Assembly: GCA_010093605.1 (NCBI GenBank)
Contig: MU004197.1
Coordinates: forward strand, 434,001 to 498,000
Direction: 5' to 3'
Origin: Lophium mytilinum
Taxonomy: Eukaryota
Length of the DNA: 64,000 nucleotides
Each line of letters begins with the position of its first letter. The stretch's first letter is position 1. Below are positions 52,320-62,037 of this stretch, one piece after another. A program made the position numbers and the translations under genes. Below the pieces are notes generated by a model that saw nothing but the letters and a program-made list of their open reading frames with translations, made no database searches and was not told the DNA's origin.

Positions 52320-54057
52320 ATGGTAGCCTCGCGCCACAGGGAGCTCACCTCGGCCCCTTCATATAGGAATACTGACAAGTATGACCGAGACGATGTGGAA
52401 GATGGTCGCAAAGCGTCGTCGCGACTACGCTTCCGAGATGCCATCGAAGCCACCATCGACATGCAAAGAGCGAAGGAGTTCAAGCAAAAACTCATTGATG
52501 GGATCAATCATGACGAACTAGAAAGCTATCGAAAAAGTGATGAAGAGGTTGGAGCCGTTTACATTCGGATGTCTGCGACTACTAACATAATCGCAGCTAA
52601 AAGATATCAAGAATAAGAAAGTACGCCATTTTTACGAAGACCAAAACGAACGACTTGACGATTGGATGGAAGTCGACACAGTCGTTAGGACGTTGGCGGA
52701 CGATGTTGTCGACAGCATGAACCCACGCGATCTGGATCACGACGGCGTCGCCGAGGCCGGAGGTCCGCTCCAAGGCAGCGGAGGAAACGTGGAATGTTTC
52801 TTGCCCGATGAAGTGCGCGAGAAAAGGCGGAAAGAAGCGCGGTCTGCGAGATTGGCTATCAATGTGAGACAATCTCCTTTCGGGCAGACCCACGTGACGT
52901 CCACTCACCCTTTCAGATCAATGTCGTGGCAAACATTCTTCTTCTGGCTGCCAAGTGCATTGCGGCTGGCTATTCTTCATCCCTTTCGCTCATTGCGTCT
53001 CTCGTCGACTCAGCTCTAGACCTGCTGTGCACGCTGATAATATGGAGCACGAATAAGCTGGTGGCTTGGAAATTGAAAAGCTTGAAGACCAAATTCCCGG
53101 TGCGTTGCTCATATATAACATTGACTAATAGTACACTGGATTAACGGGCGTTCAGGTTGGCCGACGTCGATTAGAACCAATAGGCATCCTAGTTTTCTCC
53201 ATCGTGAGTTCTTATTCCCGGCTTCCGAGACATGCGCTTATACCGGTTGTCAAAGATTATGGTCATTTCATTCATGCAGATTTTGGAAGAGTCTTTTGAG
53301 CAGTTACTCCCTAGTGGAAAGCACAAAGTGACTCGGCTACCGCCAGTTGCCATTGGCGCTATGGTCAGCACGATCGTTGTCAAGGGCATCATTTGGTTCG
53401 GCTGCATCCGGGTCAAGACCACCCAAGTTCAAGCACTTGCGCAAGGTAAGGACTGCCAGATCTAATATCTTTATTCGATGTTGATGATATTCCCAGATTG
53501 CAAGACCGACGTCTTCTTCAACACCCTCTCCCTTCTCTTCCCAGTGATTGGCTACCAACTCGATATATGGTGGCTTGATCCCGTGGGAGCCGCGCTATTG
53601 TCTCTCTTCATCATCTTCGATTGGGGCAAAACGTGCTTCGAGAACGTTTCGCGTCTCACTGGAGTCGCTGCACCGGAACGCATTGCTCGAAAGATGATGT
53701 TTCTGGCCTGGAGATTCGCTCCCGTGGTTGATGGCTACAAAGATGTGAAGACTTATCACGCCGGCGATGGAGTTTGGGTTGAGATGGACGTTCTGCTCGA
53801 TGAGCAAACACCGCTCAGGAAAGCGCATGACGTGGCAGAAACTTTGCAGTATTGTTGTGAAGGTCAGCGATGATATACTACTGAATTGCGACAAAGCTGA
53901 CGTGGAGTTCCTAGGTCTCGGAGAAGTAGATCGGGCGTTCGTATCTATGGATTGTATGTTCATATCATTTCCTTTCTTTTCTTACCTACGAAATCCCAAG
54001 CTTACAATTTTAGATGCATTTCAGGGCCCTTCTGGACACGCTACGGAAAATATCTAG
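52320..54057 (+). CDS. Cation diffusion facilitator, Mn-CDF (MTP8-11-like) clade; multiple introns
   Basis: FYEDQNERL, ASLVDSALDLL (TM2 DxxxD), FPVGRRRLEPIG, AQDCKTDVFFN (TM5 DxxxD), WWLDPVGA, EVDRAFVSMD. Confidence 0.92.
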
Positions 54058-54105
54058 ACACGTAGTAGTTGTAAAATATCTAGACACGTAGTAGTTGTAA
54101 AATAT
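54047..54105. repeat. 26-bp perfect tandem duplication spanning the CDF stop codon
   Basis: aaaatatctagacacgtagtagttgt x2 plus partial. Confidence 0.9.
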
Positions 54106-55623
54106 GTACTTATTACTCTTTAACCATTTATCGGGGCCCAAAAGAGAAGGCGAATTCATATTTCTTCGCTAGGATTCCACTTTTGCGCGCTGCGTTCCTG
54201 CCTTGAGATCTTTATGTGGACAAGGTGAGCTGCTCCTTCTCTAGCAAGCGCGCCTCTCCTCCTAAAATCTCCACCCTGCCCTTGGGAATACCTCGCTACG
54301 TTCCATCAACGCTCGGCCATCCTCAGCTCTTCCATCCTAGCTGCTATCGCTCAAGGCTCCTCCGAAATCAGCCTCTGGTACAGCATCACCTCCAAACCGA
54401 ATCGTTCTTGCAAATCTGAACTCCGTCCCAAACTCGCCACGATTCCGCAATGATTATACCATTTTGGTGGCGCATTCGCCTACATAGGATTACGAAACGG
54501 GAGGAAGCTTTTGCTAGGAGGAGGAGAAGGCTTCAAGTCCAGGTACGTGCATATCCAACCCGGTCAACCCTGTTTTGACTTAGATTGGCACCTGGATTAG
54601 CCTTGATTCTCAGAAAGCAATCTTAGAGATCAATCTGAAGTTCCTACAAAGCTAACTAAAACGTGTAGGCGGAATGTCACCAACGAGACAACGTTCATTA
54701 CGAACGAAACTACGGTGATCACAGGTTACGGTCGTCTCCCAAGCTGTCTGGAGAGCTCCGAGTTCGAACACGAGGCGCGGCCAACCACCGACCATCCGAG
54801 TACTTTTCTGTTTCCGCATGGTGAAATTGGGGGCCTACGTTTGCTGGCATAAGGAAGGCAACATTCTGGTCAACGACGGCTGGGATTTCTGGAAACCTGT
54901 AGTCTCATTCGATGACCTGGAGCGAGTAGGATTTTGTGGAACCCTTGCCGTTGTTTCCCTACCTAAGTTCTTCCTATACCTCATTCATTGGGTCGACTCT
55001 TCAAACCTTCAATGCAATGATTCAAAATTCCAGAAAGCATCACGTGACCAGTGTTCATGAGCGCTTAGTCATCTGAATCTCAACCTCATTCCTCAGCTCT
55101 CCGCCTTTCCTTTCATCTCAGATCCAACAACACAGCTATCATACTCCCTGGTTTGGGTAACATCTCTTCACTTGTGAACTGTCTTCTTCCCTCTGCCGGT
55201 TTCTGAGAGAAATATCTCCACATACAAGGGGTTCCAAGTGGTGAGTCACTCCCGCGATTTGTTCTCCACAAAGCGCAGCCACATTCGTATATGTACAACT
55301 TCTCTCCAGAAAGAGTTTAAAACATTCTTGAAATGCTACAAAGCATTCTGTGCATTGCGATGACTCTTCGATATCCCGGCAAGCTGAAACCCGGATCAGG
55401 AGTAGTGCCATGAACCTTGCCTAGTAAAAGTGACCTGGAATACACAATATCAGCCACGAAGCTGTCTGGTTCTCTATAAAAGCTCATAAAACATCCTCCG
55501 TTTAATATTCGTAACATCTCGTCTCCCAATCTCTAACCCTGCTTCATTTCTCAGGAATCTAAATCCTTCTTATCCACCCCATCAACCTCCCAACCCATCC
55601 CACACCTCGCCCACCCCATCAAC

Positions 55624-56697
55624 ATGGCTCCCCAAATCACAACAGCAGAGGACCTAGAATCATACATCACCGCCCTCACCGCCACCGGCATCCCAACCGA
55701 GCCCTACAAATCCATCGACCTCCTCACCGGCGGCACCGCAAACTACGTGTGGCGCCTGACGATGCACTCCGGCGGCACTGTCATCGTCAAGCACGCCGAG
55801 CCCTTCGTCGCCTCAAACCCCTCTATGGCCTTCCCCGTCAACCGCATGGACTTCGAAGCCCGCGCGCTCCACTCCCTCCCACCCCTCCTCCTCGCCGCCG
55901 GCGCCCCCGCAAGGGTCCAGCCCGTCCCCCTCATCGAGTACGTCGCAGCCGACCACATGCTGTGGATCGCCGACGGCGGCCCGCGGCACCTGAAAGACGC
56001 GTATAGCGATCCAGCACTCGATGTGCCGGCGCTGGGTCGCGATATCGGAACGTGGCTCGCGACCCTGCACCTCGCGACGGCGTCAACGGATATCGGCGAT
56101 AATCGGACGGGGAAGTTTATCTATAGACACGCGTACCGCAATCTGCACACCGCGTTTGAGAAGTTTGGGTTTGATACGGCGTTGGCGGAGAAGGTGGATG
56201 CGGAGTTTGGGGCGCTGCTTGCGAGCGATGATGAGGTGGTTTGTCATGGGGATTTCTGGCCTGGGAATGTTCTTGTTGCGGATGATGGCGGGTTGACGAT
56301 CGCGGATTGGGAGATGGTGCGGAGGGGGTGTGGGGCGACGGATGTGGGGCAGTTTGCTGCGGAGGCGTTTTTGCTAGATCGGTTTAGGGGGTGGAGGGGG
56401 TTGAGGGGGGCCTTTCTTGGGGCGTTTATGCGGGCGCGCGGAGGGAAGGTGGATAAGGGGCTTTTGAGAAGGGTAGCGGTACATTGGGGTGTGCATATTG
56501 CGTATTGGCCGACGAGGGTTGAGTGGGGAAATAAGGAGGAGACGAGGGAGCTGGTTGCGATTGGGGTTAAGGTGCTGACGCAAGTGCTCGAGGAGGATTG
56601 GGAGGGGCTGGTAAAGGGGGAACTTTTCGATGGTCTCGAGGGCGTCTCGGACTTGTTTCGAAGATCCAAAGTCGATGTTGAGGTTCAAGTGGTGTAG
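55624..56697 (+). CDS. APH/choline-kinase-like small-molecule phosphotransferase (methylthioribose kinase/PsiK-like fold), intronless
   Basis: LTGGTANYVWR, IVKHAEP, RMDFE, HGDFWPGNVL Brenner motif, DWE, DVGQF. Confidence 0.88.
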   Translation: MAPQITTAEDLESYITALTATGIPTEPYKSIDLLTGGTANYVWRLTMHSGGTVIVKHAEPFVASNPSMAFPVNRMDFEARALHSLPPLLLAAGAPARVQPVPLIEYVAADHMLWIADGGPRHLKDAYSDPALDVPALGRDIGTWLATLHLATASTDIGDNRTGKFIYRHAYRNLHTAFEKFGFDTALAEKVDAEFGALLASDDEVVCHGDFWPGNVLVADDGGLTIADWEMVRRGCGATDVGQFAAEAFLLDRFRGWRGLRGAFLGAFMRARGGKVDKGLLRRVAVHWGVHIAYWPTRVEWGNKEETRELVAIGVKVLTQVLEEDWEGLVKGELFDGLEGVSDLFRRSKVDVEVQVV

Positions 56698-56819
56698 ATC
56701 AGACTACCTCTTGACCAGATGGCTGCTCAGCAGCCAGGCTACCCCCTACGATGGCGTCAGGTGAGCAGTACTTGAGTCAATCAGTGATGAATTCGTGTGC
56801 GCAGACTTTTAGTCTTGCA
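56693..56819 (+). repeat. 127-bp direct repeat copy 1 (others at ~56920-57046 and 58194-58320)
   Basis: tgtagat..gactacctcttgacca.atggctg.tcagcagccaggcta.cccctac shared by three copies. Confidence 0.85.
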
Positions 56820-57080
56820 CTGTAGAAATAAAAAGTTTGAAGTTTACCGCTTGTCGCCACTGCTTAGGGTACCCCCACAGGAGTTCAAAGATTCAAAGGC
56901 GATGTCAAATTCTAAAAAGTGCAAATTACGCTGCCTCTTGACCAAATGGCTGGTCAGCAGCCAGGCTAGCCCCTACAGTGGTGTCGAGTGAGCAACATTA
57001 GAACCAGGTAGTGAGAGATTCCGGTGTTATGGAATATCAAAGATCTCAGGAGGTTCTTTTTTACGGAGGGTGATATAGTC

Positions 57081-58190
57081 TGCATGGCTTTTGACATCTT
57101 GTCTTAATGATTTTGCGCCTTTAGGGGCACTCAAACGGTAGCATCGGCGTTTCAGAACTAACCCTAATCGAGCGTGATCCATACCTCTATGCGATTCCAG
57201 TGTTGTAGGAAGCTGCTATGCTCCGTGACCTAATACACGATGCGAGGCTTTTGACATCATGTCTTAATAATTTTGGCCTTTGTCAGGGCACTCAAACAGT
57301 AGTATCGGCATTCCTAAACTACCCCCAATCGAGTCTAATCCGCATCTCTATGCGATTCCTGTGTTATAAGAAGCTGCAATGTTCCTCGACGTAATATACA
57401 ACTCGAGGCTTTTAACATCGTCTCTTAATGATTTTAAGGCTTGTAAGGACACTCAATAAGTTGCATCGGCGTTCCAAAACCACCCCCAATCGAGTCTAAT
57501 CCACATCTCTATGCGATTCCAGTGTTGTAGGAAGCAGCTATATTCCGCATCCTAATATACAATGCGAGGCTTATAACATCGTGTGCAATAATTTAGGGCC
57601 TTACAAGGGCATTCAAACGGTGGCATCGGCGTTCCAGAGCTGCTTGCTATGGAGTGTAATCGGCATGTCCGCCTAAGTTCAGTCCCGTAGAAAGCTACTT
57701 TTGGCCCCAAGGTGATATGCGCTGCATAGCTGCTGACTTCGTATGTCCATAATTTAGAGCTTCCTGAGGGCACTCAAACGGTAGCATTGGAGATCCAGAA
57801 CTGCATGCTATGGAGTGTAATCGGCATGTCCGCCTAAATTCAGTCCTATAGAGAGCTGATTTTAGCCGCAAAGTGATATGCGCTGCGTAGCTTTTGACTT
57901 CGTATGTCGATGATTTAGAGCTTTTTGAGGGCACTCAAACGGTAATATTGGAGTTCCAGAGCTGCATCCTATAGGGTACAAACGACAGGTCCGCGTAATT
58001 TCATTTCTGTATAAAGCTTCTTTTGGCCACAGACCCACATATGCTTTTAGCTTTTAACTTCGTGTTTCGAAAATCTGGAGCTCTTTGAGGGCACTCAAAC
58101 GGTAGCATTGGAGCTCCAGAACTGCGTTCTTTGATGTCTAATACGTATCCTGGTGTAAATGAGGTCCCCTAGATAGTCTTAAGTTTCAAG
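57081..58190 (+). repeat. Degenerate satellite, ~160-161-bp unit, 7 copies
   Basis: Core GGGCACTCAAACGGTAGCAT near 57125, 57286, 57446, 57607, 57768, 57929, 58089. Confidence 0.92.
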
Positions 58191-58193
58191 CAG

Positions 58194-58320
58194 TGTAGAT
58201 TTGACTACCTCTTGACTAATTAGCCGCTTAGCAGTCAGAGTACCCCCTATAGAGATGTTAAGTAAGCAAAATAGAAGCCGAGTATTGATAGATCTGTGTA
58301 CCTAGACTTATAGGTCAGCA
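58194..58320 (+). repeat. 127-bp direct repeat copy 3, RIP-like mutated
   Basis: Colinear with 56693-56819; CA>TA and TG>TA substitutions (gacca>gacta, ctcag>cttag, gtgag>gtaag). Confidence 0.8.
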
Positions 58321-58532
58321 GTCCATGAGTTCACCAATCAAGATTTAGTATCATTTGCATAGGATATTGGAATCATTGTTCATTTCTAGCTCAGAGAGAG
58401 GGGCTCCCTAGGCTTTTGTGCACCTGTTTAGCACCGTTTGAGGTCCTCTGGCACGTTATCAGACCCCGGAAAACAACAACATTGACACCGCTCATAGCTC
58501 ATCGGGCCACCTCAGACGTCGTCAATGCTCCA

Positions 58533-59393
58533 TCAATGCAACACCTTCTCCTTTCCGATAGACATGGCCATGCCGGCATCTCCGCAGTCGTAGCCCTCTT
58601 CGTTATGTACGAGATTGCAGTTCTTGCGCGTACAGCCATGGACGTAGTTGTGGTGAGCCTGGCATTGCTGATAGACGCAACGGCTGTTGGCTTCGGTACA
58701 GTGGCCGCATTGAACGCTACCATCGCAGACTATCCTGTCCTTGTAGCATAGGATGCACCTGAGCTTGCGGCCGGTGGGTGGTTGGCTGGCGACATTGTTG
58801 TAGTTGTCGTGAATGCTCATTGCCTCCAGCTGAGAGATAGCCTCTGGTACGAGTCTGGTGATAGCCTTGAGCTTCGCGTCTAACGCCTTGCTCTTTTCCT
58901 CCTCGGCACGAAGCTCGTTGTCGCGGGTGCCGACATACTCGGCGACGTTTCTCTGGAGCTCGTCGTGATCCTTCTGCAAGGCTTCGTACTTCTTGTGAAG
59001 CTCCATAGCCAGCTTATGTTGTTCTCTGAGCACTACAAGCTCTTTCTGCTGCGTCGAGATGCATCGCTCGCGCACTTCCGCAGTGCCTTCGGCCCAAGCG
59101 AGAAGCTCCAAAGCCTTTTTCTGTTGTTCCCTGAGCACAACAAGCTCTTTCTGCTGTGTCGAGATGCATCGCTCGCGCACTTCCTCAGTGCCTTCAACCA
59201 AAGCGAGATGGCGGCTTGCCACTTTGGCGACACATGCGTTTCGATCAGAATTGCTCTTCAGTACTTTCCACACAGGGTTCTGCATGCCGCCAATCTCTGC
59301 AACTTTCCAGAGGAGCTCCTGTTCCTCCATCGTCAAATAGTAGTGAATCTCTCCACACCCCTCGCAGTGAGTCTTGGGGTACTGATAAGTCAT
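58533..59393 (-). CDS. Orphan family member: N-terminal CxxC..H Zn site, coiled coil with 35-aa duplication, Zn2Cys6 + CCCH at C-terminus
   Basis: 286-aa intact ORF; CILC-x6-C-x5-CGHC-x6-C then C-x9-C-x4-C-x3-H-NEEGY. Confidence 0.75.
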   Translation of the reverse strand: MTYQYPKTHCEGCGEIHYYLTMEEQELLWKVAEIGGMQNPVWKVLKSNSDRNACVAKVASRHLALVEGTEEVRERCISTQQKELVVLREQQKKALELLAWAEGTAEVRERCISTQQKELVVLREQHKLAMELHKKYEALQKDHDELQRNVAEYVGTRDNELRAEEEKSKALDAKLKAITRLVPEAISQLEAMSIHDNYNNVASQPPTGRKLRCILCYKDRIVCDGSVQCGHCTEANSRCVYQQCQAHHNYVHGCTRKNCNLVHNEEGYDCGDAGMAMSIGKEKVLH

Positions 59394-59419
59394 CGCGACA
59401 GTCGGTGTTTGACTCGATG

Positions 59420-59744
59420 GTGGGTCGAGGTTGAAGTAGGCGTCGTGTGCGCGGCGACGTTGGTATTGCAGTGGGATCTCGCAGGAGTGGAGATGGAGTC
59501 CAGAAGTTTGGAGAGTGACTAGAGTGATGAGAGGAGAGTGACTTCGTAGCTGCGCGTGCTACTAGTTTGGTGTTGAAGTAAGGTACTCGCTGTGGGTCAA
59601 GGTTGAATTGGGCGGTCTTGTGTGCGGCGACGATGGTGTAGCAGTGAGGTTTCGCAGAAGAGAAGATGGAGCTTTGAAGTCTGGATACTGATGAGCGTGA
59701 TGAGAGGAGAGGGGTTTCGGAGCTGCGCGTGCAACTGCTTTGGT
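59420..59744. repeat. ~172-bp diverged tandem duplication upstream of the 58533-59393 gene
   Basis: tgggtc.aggttgaa at 59421 and 59593; tgatgagaggagag and agctgcgcgtgc in both units. Confidence 0.8.
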
Positions 59745-61200
59745 CTTGTAGTGAGGTGCTGCAAGTGGCGCGTTGAGCTCAAGAGCTTGGAGCTTGGAGC
59801 TTGACAAAGTCGGCAGGCGTTATTTCACAGGCGATCGGAATAGGCTTTTCCCGATATGACGTCACTGCTGAGAGAGTCGAGTTTTCGGTAGTGCTGATAT
59901 AGCTGGAGCTGAGCGAGGTGAAATCGTCAACGCCATAACCCTAGGCCATGGAACGTGAAGACTTACGCTTAACCTAGCAGACTCCACCTTGGCTTCTACT
60001 CAGATATGCCTGGCCTTCCCCTGTACGCCGTTTGACTTGGGAGAAACGGTTAGTTCGTGGTATAGGTGGAAGTTAACGGGATGTCACCTGAACCATCGCC
60101 AGGCACGCGCAAGTCACGTGCTCGCCAACTCTTTAGCGCCTTGGCGACAATCTACTTCCAATATTAGACTCGCCTCTCTCGCAACTCCGTCCTTCCTCCA
60201 CCCTCCTCCATCAACTTTCGACCTTCTTCCTCTCCTCGGCATGTCACATTTATGGACCTTTTTTCCTTTCTTACTTGATGCTTCATAATGGCCGGCTTAT
60301 GTAGAGATCAGAGCTCCGTCGAATGGCACCGCCTCAAAGACTGAGTGTCCCGGCACCTTGCACTGATTTGGCCCGGGTAAGGCACTCCGTACTTGGCCGA
60401 ACCATTGGAGAACTCCTCACACCTTTCACTGTTGTTTTGAAGCCTCTCAAGTTCTCGCGCAACATCATTCGGTTCTTCTCGTAAGCGGCCCATTCTTCTG
60501 TGTTTGGGGGCAACAGACACGGGAGTTTGCAGTCGCGGGATTTTCACGTTTTGCAAGGGATTGCGCATCCAGCCGGAGGCTTTCCAGTGGCATGTCTCTA
60601 CTGCCATAACGATCAGGTCGGGAGGTGGTTGATAGTCCCCTGCTGCGACACACCAGAAGGATGGTGGCGACACTAACAAGACTTTCACGTAAGTAGTAAA
60701 GGATCTGCCTTCTCTTCGTCTGCGATGTTGCTAATTTCCCCTCACTACCTTAGATCTTCAACTTGAACCAGGTAAGTGTTCCTCCAGTACATAGTTCCTC
60801 TGTCTATAATACATGCTGTTATCTTTAAACTCATTGAATCTTCTCTGCAATGTGATTGTATGCTGGCAGGCCTTCCGGTCAGTGAAACTTGTGTCTTCTC
60901 AGTTTCACTTGTTGATTCACGTCATAAACTCATAGCCGTGATCAGCATTATTGATTGACACGCACGCGCTCCAAGATTCTACCATGCGCAGCTCGACAAA
61001 GCGCGCCTTTAACAGAAAAGAATCGTTTCAAAGGTCAGTCACGAGGCTCAAAGTTGAGATATGTGGATGCATTTTGAATTTCTTAAGTCTAGTGTATAGT
61101 GTGTCATCCATGCCTTTGTCCTGTCTATCAGAATCCTGAGAAGCAGCTCAGGAACGCTGCAGGACAGCCACATCGAGAAATCTGTCCACCAACTCAGAGC

Positions 61201-62037
61201 TCATCCCAGTCTGTCAGCTATATCAGCATCAGAAGTCCTACTTCCCAGGGCTTGGGATAACATCTTGTCGGGGGCAAGAGTCTTTGGGCGAAGGCCAGCT
61301 ATGTGAGGAGCGGCCTGAGGGTAGCCTGGAGAGGCCGCTGGGGGGCGTGAGAGGGGATGGAGCGCGGACCGGACAAGAGGAGTAGAAGTAGCCTGCGCAG
61401 TGATGTTTGGCATTGCGGACAGAAGTGAAGACCGCGCGGTAGGATGGCTAGCTGGCAGAGCTGTGGGGTCGAGGCCCTGGCGGTAGTTGGCCGCAGAGAT
61501 GACGCCAGGCACAGCCAACTCTTGGAGAGATTTGATATCTTCCAGGGCAGATTGGTGAAGTTCGACAAGGGCCTGATGACCTTGGACAAGGCTCCCGAAG
61601 CTTTGGAGAAGGCTCCCGAGGCTGGATCTGAGCTCTCTGACTTGTCTCTGGTAATACTGTATCGTGGCCTCATCCTCCTCGGCTCCCCGATTGTTGTCGC
61701 GGGCCTGCTGGCGCATTGCTGATACCCTACGTGCCTCCGTCGCGGATGCGAGGTCGAATTGGTTCTCGAGGTTCTCAAGGTTCGCAAAGTGCCTGGCTTG
61801 GTTGGCCATCTCGGTGGCAAGGCCTTCCATCTCTTTCTCTCTGTATTCCGTTTCGAGGCGATCGCCACACTCGCAGAGAGTTCGATGGTTAACGAGGAGA
61901 CGCTCTTCCAGCTCGTTGGCTTCTTTGTCCGAGTTGGCTGCTCGGATTCCTTCCAAGAACTCGCCAGTGCTCGTTAGCTCAGAAAGGCGTCCATCGCAGT
62001 GCCTACACACCCCAGCTTCAGGGCGCTCGTCCGACAT
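61201..62037 (-). CDS. Orphan coiled-coil protein with N-terminal CxxC...H-x3-C-x-C putative Zn site and P/S/A-rich tail
   Basis: ATG 62037 MSDERPEAGVCRHC...HRTLCECG; long heptad-rich segment; long uninterrupted ORF. Confidence 0.55.
   Translation of the reverse strand: MSDERPEAGVCRHCDGRLSELTSTGEFLEGIRAANSDKEANELEERLLVNHRTLCECGDRLETEYREKEMEGLATEMANQARHFANLENLENQFDLASATEARRVSAMRQQARDNNRGAEEDEATIQYYQRQVRELRSSLGSLLQSFGSLVQGHQALVELHQSALEDIKSLQELAVPGVISAANYRQGLDPTALPASHPTARSSLLSAMPNITAQATSTPLVRSALHPLSRPPAASPGYPQAAPHIAGLRPKTLAPDKMLSQALGSRTSDADIADRLG

Noticed and set aside
57158..57167. CTAACCCTAA telomere-like / telomerase-template motif
   Set aside because: Single occurrence; the equivalent position in other units reads ctacccccaa/ccacccccaa, so it is likely a chance variant
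57081..58190. CRISPR-like interpretation of conserved core plus variable spacers
   Set aside because: Eukaryotic context, no cas genes, and the inter-core segments are homologous to each other rather than unique spacers
58533..59393. Spok-like meiotic driver assignment
   Set aside because: Too short and lacks the nuclease and kinase domains; only the coiled coil and Cys richness are superficially similar
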